A stretch of DNA of 64,000 nucleotides from Dicyema japonicum (lineage: Eukaryota > Animalia > Dicyemida), in contig RDEW01000003.1 in NCBI GenBank assembly GCA_011109175.1, forward strand, positions 1,933,761 to 1,997,760, written 5' to 3'. How positions within the stretch are numbered: position 1 is the first letter of the stretch; each line of letters starts with the position of its first letter. Below are positions 40,701 through 52,555 of this stretch, piece by piece. The translations under genes and the position numbers were made by a program. The notes under the pieces are model-generated. The model did no database searches, was not told the DNA's origin, and was given only the letters and a program-made list of their open reading frames with translations.

Positions 40701-41354
40701 TGCTAATCATCTCGTAATTGAACAAAACATCCAAGACTCGAGGAGGCGATCTCCACAAAAGACATTAAATATGTGTCTTTGGTTCTTGAGAAGCCGCCTA
40801 AAAATCTCACCCAGGTATGTCACATGGAACGATGCTTACCTGGATAGCGCCAGGTGTCAATTTATATGATTCCCCGATCCCTACTAGAAAACCCCCTCCA
40901 TATAAGAAGTCACCAAGACCACCTGTTAGCATTCACAGATCAAATGAACCTTGTAACTTCAAGGATTTAACAGAAAATTGGAATTCTTAATGCCTTTTCA
41001 TATTTTCTGCCATCCTCCATTTTTTGTTGCAGCTTTTTTACAAAAAATTTGTGTTAATGAACATCAAGTAAGCTTGCTCAGCATGGATTGCCCACTCTCG
41101 TCATCGACGCTGAGCAGACGCAGAGGACTTAAATATTATTGAGATCAATAAAAAAGACTCTCATAGTTACAACAGAAAACTAAGAGTCAGCCGATTATGG
41201 AATACCTCAGGAACGCTACCTAGACTTGATATTGAAACATTGGCTAAAAGTCATCAGTAGGGCGATTTTTGTCAATAAAGTCAAAAATTGATATGTTCTT
41301 CAAATTGTTTAAAACTTATAAAAATGTACTTTTTAGTCAAAAACATTATATTTA

Positions 41355-41540
41355 CCATTTCGCCCCCATTGCTGTGGAGACAACTAGAACTGTAGGCGCG
41401 AAAACATGTGCCTTTCTCCACAGCATTGGAAGCAAATTCGCCTCAAAAAGTTGTGAGCCACGGGAGGGACTCAGGTTGAGGCAGAAGTTCGAAATGGCGA
41501 ATATCAGAGGTAACGCCTTCGTCCAAATTATTGTCTAAAT
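41355..41540 (+). mobile_element. CRE 3' fragment
   Basis: FAPIAVETTRTVGAKTCAFLHSIG...EPREGLRLRQKFEMANIRGNAF. Confidence 0.78.
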
Positions 41541-41799
41541 TAATTTTAAAATGGCTGATTATTAACATATTATATTAATCAAAAGTATAAAGTCAAAAAA
41601 AGTCAAAAAGTTATAAAGTCAAAAAAAAGTCAAAATTTTGGGTAATGGTCAAAATTTAATTTTTTGGTCAATAAAGTCAAAAATTTTAATGATTTTTATT
41701 TTTTTAATTTTTCGAGTTTTTAAATAAAATACTAGCGTGGGATCAATTATCATCATTCACTATGTTGCCGCGTTCAATCAATAATGACACTGAAAAGAT

Positions 41800-42260
41800 T
41801 TACTCTGTTTTAGAAAATATCCTGATGAATTTTCTATCAACTCACAAGGAAATCTTTTTTGGAATTTATGTGGGACATTTGTAACTATGGAACAACTTGA
41901 CACTTTTCACAAAGGCCAGCTAAGAAAACTCCTTGGATAGTCTTGCCAAAGAAAATCTCAAACAATAAATTATACAAACTGACTGATTGTGGACCAATAA
42001 GTCTAAACGTACTTGAAGCAAGCTGGGGCTTTTTTGGACATATTCTACTGATGGGTGAACAGAAACCATGCAATGACGCCATGGAAGAATTTTTCAGCCA
42101 TACTGACACTCGCGGAGGATTACGCAGTGATCGGGGGCCTACTGATGGATGCGGACGATCTGGACGAAAATCAGGAAACTAGCATGACAATAAAAAGGAT
42201 GGAAAAGATTAACGGAAAGGATAATCGAAAAAAATGGCACAAACGAAACCATTAACAGTT
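41800..42260 (+). mobile_element. RTE-like LINE 3' fragment
   Basis: EQLDTFHKGQLR...NNKLYKLTDCGPIS...WGFFGHILL...AMEEFF. Confidence 0.7.
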
Positions 42261-42429
42261 TTTACAGGTAAATGTGCTTTAATTAACTAACATTTGTAAC
42301 TGCAAAAAAAGCAATTTTTATTGAATCGCGTAGATCGTCTATAAAGAATATCAAATTTGCAAATTTATTATTTTTATTACTATTTATGTCAATAATTTAA
42401 ATCCCATTGATTTTCTCTTCCCATCTGCC

Positions 42430-42950
42430 GACAAATGGATCGATAATTCGCTAAGGCTTATGTCAAATCCGATATTCCCTTGCATAAGTTAAACACTAAA
42501 GCTTACGAGACTCGTTTAAGAGTATTGGACATAATCTTCCTTCTACTTACGCTTGCCAAAAAAGTGTAGAAAACTTATGCAAGAAGCAGCGTTACAGGTT
42601 TTATTTTCATTCATTATAAATCTGAATAATTTTTTTTGTTTGATGAAGCTGATATCCGAGGACAGAAATATGTCAATACACTTATTGGAAAAATTTCTGA
42701 TCCCAAGAAAATATTTTTAATATCTTGTCGTCATTGTCTTCTGTGGCTAACTTTTCGATTACCTGTCAGATAATTGACGATGTTCTAAGGAATTTTGCGA
42801 GACGCGGTAGAACACATTCAGAAATTGCATTTCGGGGACGATTTATGTGGAATCATGAAGTACTGAATCGAGATTTCTGTCAATCAAGTGCTTTCTATCA
42901 CAATAATGGAAAAACAACAACTATCTGAAAAAGTGTCCTTCCACATCATT
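42430..42950 (+). pseudogene. Decayed hAT (CGGBP1-like) transposase
   Basis: FAKAYVKSDIPLHKLN, GHNLPST, FLFDEADIRGQKYVNTLIG; frameshifted. Confidence 0.6.
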
Positions 42951-43029
42951 ATTTGTTGAGAGAAATTTTTTTTTGGAAAAATTACTATCTAAAGACCAAA
43001 ATTTTAAAACCGAAAACTTTTTGAATTAT

Positions 43030-46000
43030 TTATAATAACGAATATTTATTAATAAGAATAAATTAACTAATTAATTAATTAAGCGTATTTTGATCCAGAT
43101 TGTTGGTAATCCCTCTTCTTCTCTTAGAAGAAGAGTGTGCCATAACCTCCCTGTTACTCCGCATCTCCACATCAGATTCAGTCAAAATATCTCCGTTAGA
43201 GTCCAGTGGGCTGTCTTCACGGCATGCCAGTTCCACAAGTTGGGAGGTAGCAGAGGCGTACTCTTCATCGTATACCTTCATCCCATGCTTATGTTCAATG
43301 AGCATACTTTCGAGCGTTCTCTTCAGCACAACCGATTGGATGTAAGTCCTCGTTGATTCTTCAATAGATAATTTATCCATATGATTCTTGAAGCATCTTG
43401 AGACAACTCCATCCCATGTCAAAACCACTGGAATAATCTTCACTTGGCATTCATAGAGCAGCGAAAGTTCATTTGCTAGCAAGTCATATTTGTGAAGTTT
43501 CTCAACTTCAACTTGCTTTAGTCGGTCTTGTGAGGTAATCCCCACTTCAATTAACGTTACTTCCTTCTTTATTTTGTCATACACGAAAATATCAGGTTTA
43601 TTGTATTGGACTTTTGTTTCTGTCAAAATCGACGAGTCAACTCTAATTTCGACATTTTGATTCGTCAATATTGACTGAACCGAATGTCCTTTCAATTTCC
43701 TGCTTCTTTTGATTCCATAAATTCGACAAAGATGAAGATGGATGCACTTTACCACTTCATTATGTCTTCGGAGATAATCACTATTTAGCATTTTTCCACA
43801 CTGAGTGGCCAAATGATCAACAGTTTTCTTGCTTTTTTTACAATGGTTGCATAATGACCCCGTGTGTGCAAAAAACAAATTCCTATCTTGCAAAAGACAG
43901 TACAATGCTTCGCTCCGTGGGCCGTTATTTCCTTTGGATAACCATTCTGAGGAAGTATATAGGTCGACATTTGTTTCATCAATACATTTGAACATAATTG
44001 AGTGTAGTGTTCTGCAATAAATTTTATTTAAATATTTTTTTCTGAGTGTCCTTGAGGGACTTAATATCCATGCTCTCCCTGTCGGCAATTGCATATTTAG
44101 AGGCAAGAAATCCTGCGATTGTAGCCAAGTGCCATTTTTTTGTTTTTATTACTCGCAGAATCCCCGACCTTCGCAAACACACAGTCGATTGTTTTTCCAA
44201 ACTTTTAAAAAACTGGAAAAGTATTAATTCGCTCTTTAATGAAATCGAGGAAAGTCCTCTTCCAAAAGTCTTCCTGTCCAAATACAGCCTCTCTTTATTT
44301 GCAGGTTTGAGGTGCAACTTGAGTGACGTAAGCAGTTGGCGTATTTGTTGGTCAATATCATCAAATTCGTATGGTTCAATATTAATTAATCCTATATAAT
44401 AGTTAGGGACATTGCGTATTCATTTATTGCGCGAAATAAGTTCACAGAATTTAACTTTGTTTTTGAAAGCATGGTTATTCTCTTCTTAACATTTTCAAGT
44501 ATGGACTCCATAACTTTGCTTTTAAGAACATTACTTCCCTCATCTTCAAAAACACCCAAATATCGATATCCACTGACTCCTTCCAGATTCTCACAACATG
44601 ATAACGATTTAACATTAGACAGTGACTTTTCCGAATTCATCTCCAAGCCGGCAACATGAAAGAAATCGCGAACAACTTCCATCATTTTAATAACAGTATC
44701 TTCTTTTAGCCCAAATATCTTTAGGTCATCAATGAATAACAAATGATTTGTAGAATAAGTCAGTGTATTAGGATCCTCCTGATTAATTTGGAGTCTTGGG
44801 AACATAAAGTTAAGGGTCCTGCTCAAGGGTTCCATTACCATAACAAATAGTTGAGGGGATAATGAATCTCCTTGCAAAATTCCCCGTCCCAGTTTTACAG
44901 AACCAATTCTTCTTCCATCTAAGTGGAGATTTACAGTCCACTTCTTGACTATGGTCTTTACAAAGTTTACAATCCAACGGGGTATTCCTGAGCAGTCCAA
45001 TACATGAAATAAAAATTCATGGTCAACAGAATCAAAGGCCTTCTTCACATCCACCCAAGCAGAATAAAGGGCGTTTCCATACTCCTTATTTAAGCATTGA
45101 TTAATAAGGGCCTGTTCCTTAGCGCCCTGACAATGTTTCCTCGTTCCCAGCTGATTGTCAGATAATAGCCCAAACGAATCCACAAAATCTGAGAGTTTGG
45201 AATTAACACATTTGGTATAAGTTTATATAAAGTTGGCATACACGTGATAGGACGTAAGTCATTAGGAGTCTCACAATCATCCTTTTTAGGAATTAAATAG
45301 GTTATTCCAGTATAAAACCAACTTTCAGGCATATATTCCCCATTAATAATTCGGTTAATCTCAGTACATAAAAAGCCATGTAAAGATTCCATTTTCTTAA
45401 TAAAGAAGTTATATGAGCCATCGCATCCACACGCCTTCCAATCAGGGAGCCATTTAATAACATCCAGGATAAACTCATTTGTGAACTCTGGCAACATGCC
45501 TTCAATACCAGTATTTACTTTACCCACACTGTCATATGGCACGTTCATCTCTTTTCTTTTAGACCACACTTTTTCCCAAAACGACATACAATCCTCATCA
45601 TCGAAGCCATATAACGTTACTTCATTGCTTGCTGATAGGTTCCGATAAAATCTTCTTCGATTTAATTCAAAACAACAGTTGTCCTTGCGAAAGTCCTTCC
45701 TCGAATGATGTACAGCTATTTGCTTTTCTTAATTCTGACAAGGTCACATAGTAGAGCCTCAATCCTGGCAACCTCCCCTTTTTGGCCCTTTTGTATCCAT
45801 AGGCACAAAGAACATCCATAACCTTTTGTTTTTCATACACAGGGAGAGCTTGTCTGGAAAAGCTATTGACAAGTTCTAGTTCTGCCATCAGCTTTGAGAT
45901 TTTCTTTTCAGTGTTCTCCAACCACGTACTTTGCGGTTTAACCTTCGCAGTTAAAGTCATATAAGCACACTGTGCAGCATATAGAATATCAGTAATTTGA

Positions 46001-46641
46001 TTGATATCTTGAGGCGGATTATCTTTCGTAATATAATATATTGCAGAATTTAGTCCCGACAAAACATTAACTCTGACATACTTTCTCTGAATTTTGGGTG
46101 TTGGTTTTCGAGTATCCCTCGGAATTGACTTAATTTTCTCAATTTGTACTTTTAGTTCCTCAAGGCAATTTCTGAAGGTGGAAATTTCCACATTAGTATT
46201 ATTTTGCACTTTGAAACATTCGTCTCCTTTTACATTGTTATTCCGATTTTCAGGTTTCAGCATCTTTTTTAGTTGACATAGACTGGAACTCTTGGAGTAC
46301 TTTTCATTGAACTTTTTGAGTACGAGGTTCCAGCCACCTCTAGGTATCCTTCCAAATCTTTGTTTCGTGGCAAGAAAAATCTGAGATACCCACTCAGCTT
46401 CAGAGACACAGTCGACCTCTTCAATAATGGCAGATAATGAATGCAAGTTGGTTTTGGCACCAATATTCCCAGCGATGTTGATATTAGTTCTTGTGACATT
46501 ATCCAGCCCCACAGACGACGGTCCTGCTTCTACTAAACTATCTTCTTTATTTGATTTTGCAGGAAGGCCCATAGGATTCGATTTCTCGGTATGATTAGAA
46601 ACGGACATGTCAACACCACAACAACTAGATATTTTTAATCC
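43030..46641 (-). mobile_element. R4/Dong-like non-LTR retrotransposon, single ORF of about 1180 aa (46608 to 43075) once five small indels are corrected
   Basis: RT: DLRPITC, WVDVKKAFDSVDH, GILQGDSLSPQLF, LFIDDLK, YRYLG; CCHC knuckle CNHC...DHLATQC; endonuclease RRHNEV, KPDI, LIEVG, EKLHKYDLL; candidate 11-bp TSD TTTTGAATTAT (43019-43029, 46642-46652). Confidence 0.9.
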
Positions 46642-46749
46642 TTTTGAATTATATTATTCTGTATTTTAATAAAGAATTGATTATTTTTTTCTTTATATAT
46701 ATTATTATTTTTTTTAATAACAAAAAAAATTTTTTTAACAATTAAACAA

Positions 46750-46960
46750 ATATCAGTTGAGGAAGCCTGCTGCGTGGATTGCGAACGAGTTCCCTCGGAG
46801 TATGGCCATTCCAATCTTTTGTCTTAGCCATAACCCTTCTCGTTGATCCCTTTTCTTTCTGGCAAGCAATCCTCCGAGTTCTTGCAAGAATTCAGCCGAT
46901 GATTCGGTCGCAACAGGAGTAAATCGGTAGCGATCCCTGAGGCAAGAATATTTCTTGATT
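46750..46960 (-). mobile_element. CRE 3' fragment
   Basis: REGLWLRQKIGMAILRGNSFAIHAAGFLN*. Confidence 0.8.
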
Positions 46961-47339
46961 TTTTTCTTTATATTAAAAAAATTTTTGTAGATAAATTTAT
47001 CATAAAGTCAAAAAAGGTCAAAATTTTGAAGTCAATAAAGTCAATTTTTAGGTCAAAATTTCCGATTTATAAAGCCAGCCACGCAGTGAGGGCGGCAACT
47101 ACCTGACTTCTATTGTTTAAAAATTTTTACTATTTATAAAGTCAAAATAAAAATCGCCCTAGTAATCAGTTTCATGGATCACATATTGATTAGTGAATTT
47201 TCCAATAATTCGTTAACGAGATAATAATTTAATAAAATTCTTCAAAAGTTAAATTTACTCATGGGCAGGGAATTTTTGGATGGGCGGTGATATTTCAAAA
47301 TGGGCGGCGGGAAAAAAGTTGAGAACTAATGTTCTAGTG

Positions 47340-48480
47340 TTTCCTATGATCATCGATGATTGTCTCTGACAACTTTATGATCTTGTAGAAGAAATACAAT
47401 CTTCAGTTCGAGGTCTTTGTTGGCCATTGATCACCTATGGCCATCCATAATTGGTTGCGATGAAAAGCGTCAAGCTTTCAAAGTTCATTGGTAGGTAGTC
47501 CCTATGTGTTTTATAAGTCTTCGTCATCTCCAAGCAGTATCCCAATTTTTTGTATTCCTCCATGTTTCCACAAGGCCACAGATCATCTGTGCATCCAAAC
47601 CACGTCTGCAGTAGACCTTCGATGCGGAATCAACTCAGGTGAGGGAGAGATATTCGTCGACTTTGTGGCTGATTCTATTGAGGGTAACAATTGACAGTTT
47701 TTTCGAAGGGTAGTAAGAAGAGTTATGAACTTAGACTGCTTAGAGGGCTTTTAGGCTTGCCAGGTTTCTGTACTGGATCTAATAGTCCTTGCCAAGAGGA
47801 CCTGAAATTGTCCCGCATTGATATTCGTCAAAACCAGGAGGTTTTTTGATATTAAGCATTGATATCAAAAATATTGTGTCCTTGATTGTTGACAGATTTT
47901 CTATGCCAACTGGACAACCTTTAATCGAAATCTACGAGTCCTTTGATATGTTCCGACACAAGGGTAGACCTCCTCGTCCTTGCCTATAATTGTGTTCCTT
48001 TCTTTGTCAAGGATCGTTAGGTGCTCTCTCGATATTCTGTAGGTGCATTGCCTCCTGATCGCGGTAACTGATTCCATCATTCTGTGGGGAATACGTCTTT
48101 CAGTAGTTTGATGTACTCTGCCAAGGTGACCTTGTGTCTTTCTTGGATTATTTCCAGAAATGCAAAAACCACTATTCATACAGAATGAGCAACAACTATT
48201 CTGTGACTCGTGGTGGTCACGTGACCATTAAAGGATCTTGAGTCGACTAGTAATCTTTTTTTGGCCTATGGTCTATTTGGTTTCATATCCTGGTTGGGCT
48301 TCTATGCTGGTTTTTTCTCGTTTCTGTTCATGTGGTAATGTGTCTTGCTGAGGTCTTCACCAGGGAGGTTCCTTCTGTTTCTCCAATATAAACCAATATA
48401 AAGTTCTTCATTATGTGTTTTCCCGCTCTTGCTTTCCAGTCTCCAGCGATTAGTAGCAAGCGAGACGGGGAGAGTTCTGC
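47340..48480 (-). mobile_element. RTE-like LINE lacking the RT core
   Basis: APE end RSFNGH..TSHRIV, GKGLLDPVQKPGKP, STADVVWMHR joined to KKLGILLGDDED, KLDAFHRNQL. Confidence 0.7.
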
Positions 48481-48522
48481 GCACATCAGTGAGAGGTCCA
48501 CATGGGAGACTAAATGTTAATA

Positions 48523-49373
48523 CATTAAACTCTCTGAAATTTGCCAATTTTCAGATTTGCCATTTTTTAAAGAAATATTCTATTTTTAGTGGAAATTCGC
48601 CAGTTCCGAAATTTGCCAGAATTTTTTTAAGTTTTTTAAAAAAATTACTAAAAATTAAAAAAATAAAACTTTATTCGATTATTGGAAAAAACATGGCCAG
48701 GGAAGATGTATCCCCTAAAACAATAAAAATTGTTTTCAAATTCTAAAAATATCGGGTACTAGCACACCTTATATTATCTAATACGGATATTCTCGATCCG
48801 ATTAAAATCGATGAATTTGTCTATAAATTATTTTGAAAGAATGCAATGGATGAAGCAAAAGAAATAACATCATTAATTGATGATAATGAGACACTCATCC
48901 ATGAAGAAACCACTAAAGTGAAACCCCTACGCAAGAATGAAATAGCATCAAAGTTAAGCGAATTTGAAAAGGATCTTCTTGAGAACGTTGAAAACGAAGA
49001 GGATGTCGTCCTTATTACATCCATTAGAAGATTTAATGCAATATTATTAAAGCACTTTCACGAAAGCCATAATGATTATAGCCCCGCATGTGCAACACTC
49101 AAAGAAACAATATTTATAGTTAGTCTTTTCCATCTTTTTCTGATTTAATGCAAATATTAGAAATATAAAATGGAAACAAATGGGAATTTAATTTTATTTC
49201 GATAAAATTTAATAGTTCACTTTTTGAATAATTTTTTTCGTAATAAAATCAAATTTAGTTATTTTCATCGTTGAGAAGTTCCCCAATAACTACCATAAAA
49301 TTATTGATTAAATCCTGAAATTTGCCTCAAAAAATGCTGGAACCAAAAATGGGAAATTTGGGAGAGTTTACTG
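48523..49373 (+). mobile_element. Non-autonomous pogo/Tigger-like element
   Basis: TA-flanked TIRs CATTAAACTCTCTGAAATTTGCC and (reverse complement) CAGTAAACTCTCCCAAATTTCCC; acidic internal remnant ORF 48846-49148. Confidence 0.7.
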
Positions 49374-50009
49374 TAATAGGATTTCTTTTTTCCACCTGGA
49401 TTTCCATTGTACAATCCGATCATTAATCCTCTTAATCTTGCTTACAAAGAGTTCAACATTTTCAGAATGGCAAACATCAACTCCATAGTGGGAGGAGTAC
49501 GAAGGAAGGAACATAAACATATTTTCATTAAATCATGGGAGTAGATAACCTTTATTAGACGTTAATCAACTCTTATCCTCTTTCCGCTATATCGAGGGTT
49601 GTTAAATAAATTTCATAAGAAGCTTTAAATGAGTCTATGAATCCCACATGGCAGTACATGATAATGTTTCTTTTTTACAAATAAAAGTTTATCACATTTA
49701 AGGACATCTCCTTGAATTTAGAAAAATGGTTGTCTTATTCCCTGAAAAAAATTCAGAGCTGATTTTTCGTGTTCTTAGAAATCTTTGGAAGATAGCTCGC
49801 TAAGCTCGCCTGCATGCTCAAAGAGTGCCCCATCAAAATAGCTCTTGTATTTTAAATGTTGTCTCTTATTGTCGGATATTCAGGAAATGCTTTAAATGGC
49901 GTTTATTAAAACTGGCTCAAAACAGAAAGGGAGGCGGTTAATTGGGTCATGGGCGGGCTATATTGGTTTAAATATTAATTCTCAGACGTTTTAATTAAAT
50001 TGTTCCAAA

Positions 50010-50205
50010 GACTAAGACCAAACTAACTGATTCCTTGATCCTGACGTGTTCCAGCAGAACCCTCACCCAAGAACAGTGATTCAGAGGACATTGTCAGGGA
50101 AGGTGAGTTCGATTCCAGAGCTCTTCGCCATGGAACGAAATTGTCTCCCGGTGGAATGAATAGATGTGTCCTTTTGAATGCCGGCCAGGCATTGGGGGTC
50201 TAATG
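50010..50205. repeat. Unclassified dispersed repeat (copy 1)
   Basis: Shares CCAAACTAACT, TGATCCTG..GTTCCAGC and ATGCCGGCCAGGCATTGG with 52420-52555. Confidence 0.6.
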
Positions 50206-51205
50206 AGTAAGGTAAATCCAATGACGCCACCAGAATGAAGGAGTAATCCTAATCAAGTAGCCACAAGGCACCAGGGAGCCCATAAGCAGTATATCAAAAT
50301 GCCATTTCGGTATCTTCAAGTAAAGAAACAGTTCCACGTGCTCTCGGACTTTCAATTCGAAGACTCCTTTCAGATCTTTGCTTTTTTATTTCCTAAGAAA
50401 CGTCATCGCATCCACTGGGAAAGTTTTAACATTAAGGGTGGTCGTGATGCTTGGGAGGATGCGTCTCAAGGACAAAATAATGGATATCCTGAAGAGTGAT
50501 CTGACTAATTAAGTAATCAGGGTGGCTCAGTGTAATAAGTTCCGGACCAACAAAATCAAAAAAGTAACCACACTAACCACGTTGTCTTGATGGACCAAAA
50601 TCATGTTTGAATCCCGCTGCTGTCCATTCGGTTGAAGGTTCCATGCATCTATAATGTTTTTGGATTGACGAGTGACGCCATTACGGAGTTTTTAATTATG
50701 ACATATTTACAAATAAATTTATTTTAAATAATTTAAATAATAAAGTTTGCAATTTTTTGATGGGACTTGTTAAAAAATATAGAGATCTATTTATCTTATG
50801 GTTTTATTCGATACGCACATGAACTTTTCAAGACACTTCACGAACATGCTGAACAAATGTGAGAAAAAAATTAACCTTCTGAAATGCCTAACAGGTCTAT
50901 GGAAAATTGGACATCATCCTATACTTTAAACGCTCTACACACTGTACATCGAACGATGCATTTCATGTGCGTGTGCTTCATGGGGACCATTGGCCTCTTA
51001 TACAAACACTCAGAAAATTTCTGCAACCTAGAAAAGGGCTTCAATCTAACAGAAAGATAGTATACCAGGGAAAACTTCAAATCACCGACCTCCTTGGAGA
51101 CACTAATTGAAAAAAACAAGACAGGACACCAACGCCAAGAAGGAAGTGCTCGTCCGCAGCGAACTAGTGTAGGCTCAAGGGATCAACACCGAGCAAAGAT
51201 GAGAG

Positions 51206-51285
51206 CCATGATTCAATTCGTCGGGATCACTTGATTAATTTTTTCCATGATTCAATTCGTCGGGATCACTTGATTAATTTTTTCC
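51206..51285. repeat. Perfect 39-bp tandem duplication
   Basis: CCATGATTCAATTCGTCGGGATCACTTGATTAATTTTTT twice (51206, 51245). Confidence 0.92.
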
Positions 51286-52299
51286 GTTTAACAGTGGCCT
51301 TTTGGAATTAATTTTTATTTTTTAATTCAAAATCCAAAGGTTCCACTTAAACCCTAGTGTTCGCAATGTGGTGTGGATTTTTCTAACAAAGTGGTGAAGC
51401 CATCTCCCTTATAGAACATGCAAGACGCAAGCATCCAATCACTAGGAACAGATATTGAATTTTCTAGAAGTCTAAAACTATAACCAAGGGATGAAAATAA
51501 CTTTATTAATAAATACCTCATGTCCTCGAACTATTAAGGGCTCGTGCATCCAACGATACAACAATAACGATTTATTAACAAAAGAGTTAAGATGTTTTCT
51601 GGAGGGTATTACATCTGAGTCCTACCATAAGGATTGGACTCCACACCTGAACCCTTCCTCCTTTTTTAAATTTTTTTTCAGGACGTTTCTCCCAGCTTTA
51701 TATACGTGTCCTGGATCTTCCTTCAGATATAGAAGATTTTAGAGATGTGTCCACCACGATTACGTCATCCGCATAAAAAAAGACTAGTATTAATATTCCC
51801 CGTACGTGGAAAACTCGCCATGAATATATTAAACAAAATATGACTCAATACTGAACCTTGTGGTACTCTCTCTTGAATGATATTGCATCATATATATTTC
51901 CACACACCTTCACAAAAAATTGTCTTTATCGCCAATACTGGTTTTTTCTTTATTTTAATTTATTCGATTTCTGAGATAGTTATGCTTACTGTGTAGAATT
52001 GTTTATAAAACATATTCTGAGAGGTAATCTTCTGAATTATTAAAAATATTCAGTAACATAATGCGAAGAAGAATTGACGATAAGTCTGAAGATCTCGAAT
52101 ATCAGAAAAACACAATTTTCACTACAAATTGATGAATCAGTTGTATTTGATAATCAATCTGTTTTAATGGCAAATGTGAGGCATAAATAATAAAAAAAAT
52201 TTAAATTTGAACGAGGAATTAGTATTTTAAAAATATTAAAAAACGACATAACGGAATTTTCTATTTTCGTGGATTTATGTCATTTTTAAAACAAACATG

Positions 52300-52410
52300 A
52301 CCAAAAGCCCTGACGCACGTGAGAACTGGTGGCTTCTACATTTGATCTCTGTTGCAATCGTAAGAGGCAACGCAACGTAGATAATGTCGGCGGGGACCAC
52401 TTTAAAATTA
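52300..52410 (+). mobile_element. CRE 3' terminal fragment
   Basis: LISVAIVRGNAT*IMSAG; close to 15740-15880. Confidence 0.65.
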
Positions 52411-52419
52411 AATAATTCA

Positions 52420-52555
52420 AAGACCAAGGGTAACCAAACTAACTAACTTTCTGATCCTGCCTCGTTCCAGCGTCCCAGAACTTGTCTCCGGGTAACGACA
52501 TTGTCCCGGGGAAAGAATAGTGGATCCTCTTGATGCCGGCCAGGCATTGGCCGTC
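52420..52555. repeat. Unclassified dispersed repeat (copy 2)
   Basis: Matches 50010-50205 with an internal deletion. Confidence 0.6.

Larger units (their letters stand above)
41258..47161. mobile_element. 5.9-kb hAT-like element (family B) with nested cargo
   Basis: TAGGGCGATTTT at 41258 and AAAATCGCCCTA at 47161; flanks GTCATCAG and GTAATCAG (7/8 match); AAAGTCAA subterminal repeats; internal transposase remnant. Confidence 0.65.

Noticed and set aside
44046-44659. Plus-strand ORFs over the R4-like element and similar antisense ORFs over TOP2, TOR and innexin
   Set aside because: Shadow frames of real coding sequence on the opposite strand.
43075-46608. Window derives from a microsporidian or other contaminant
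   Set aside because: An innexin, a SYCE2-like gene and intron-rich animal-type TOR and TOP2 on the same sequence indicate a metazoan; chimeric assembly still needs a read check.
50170-50200. GGCCGGC hairpin as an HDV-like or twister ribozyme
   Set aside because: No P1 partner or pseudoknot elements could be placed on either strand.
50280-51200. Penelope-like GIY-YIG remnants (HRIHWESFNI, NNGYP)
   Set aside because: Motifs are short and out of the expected order.
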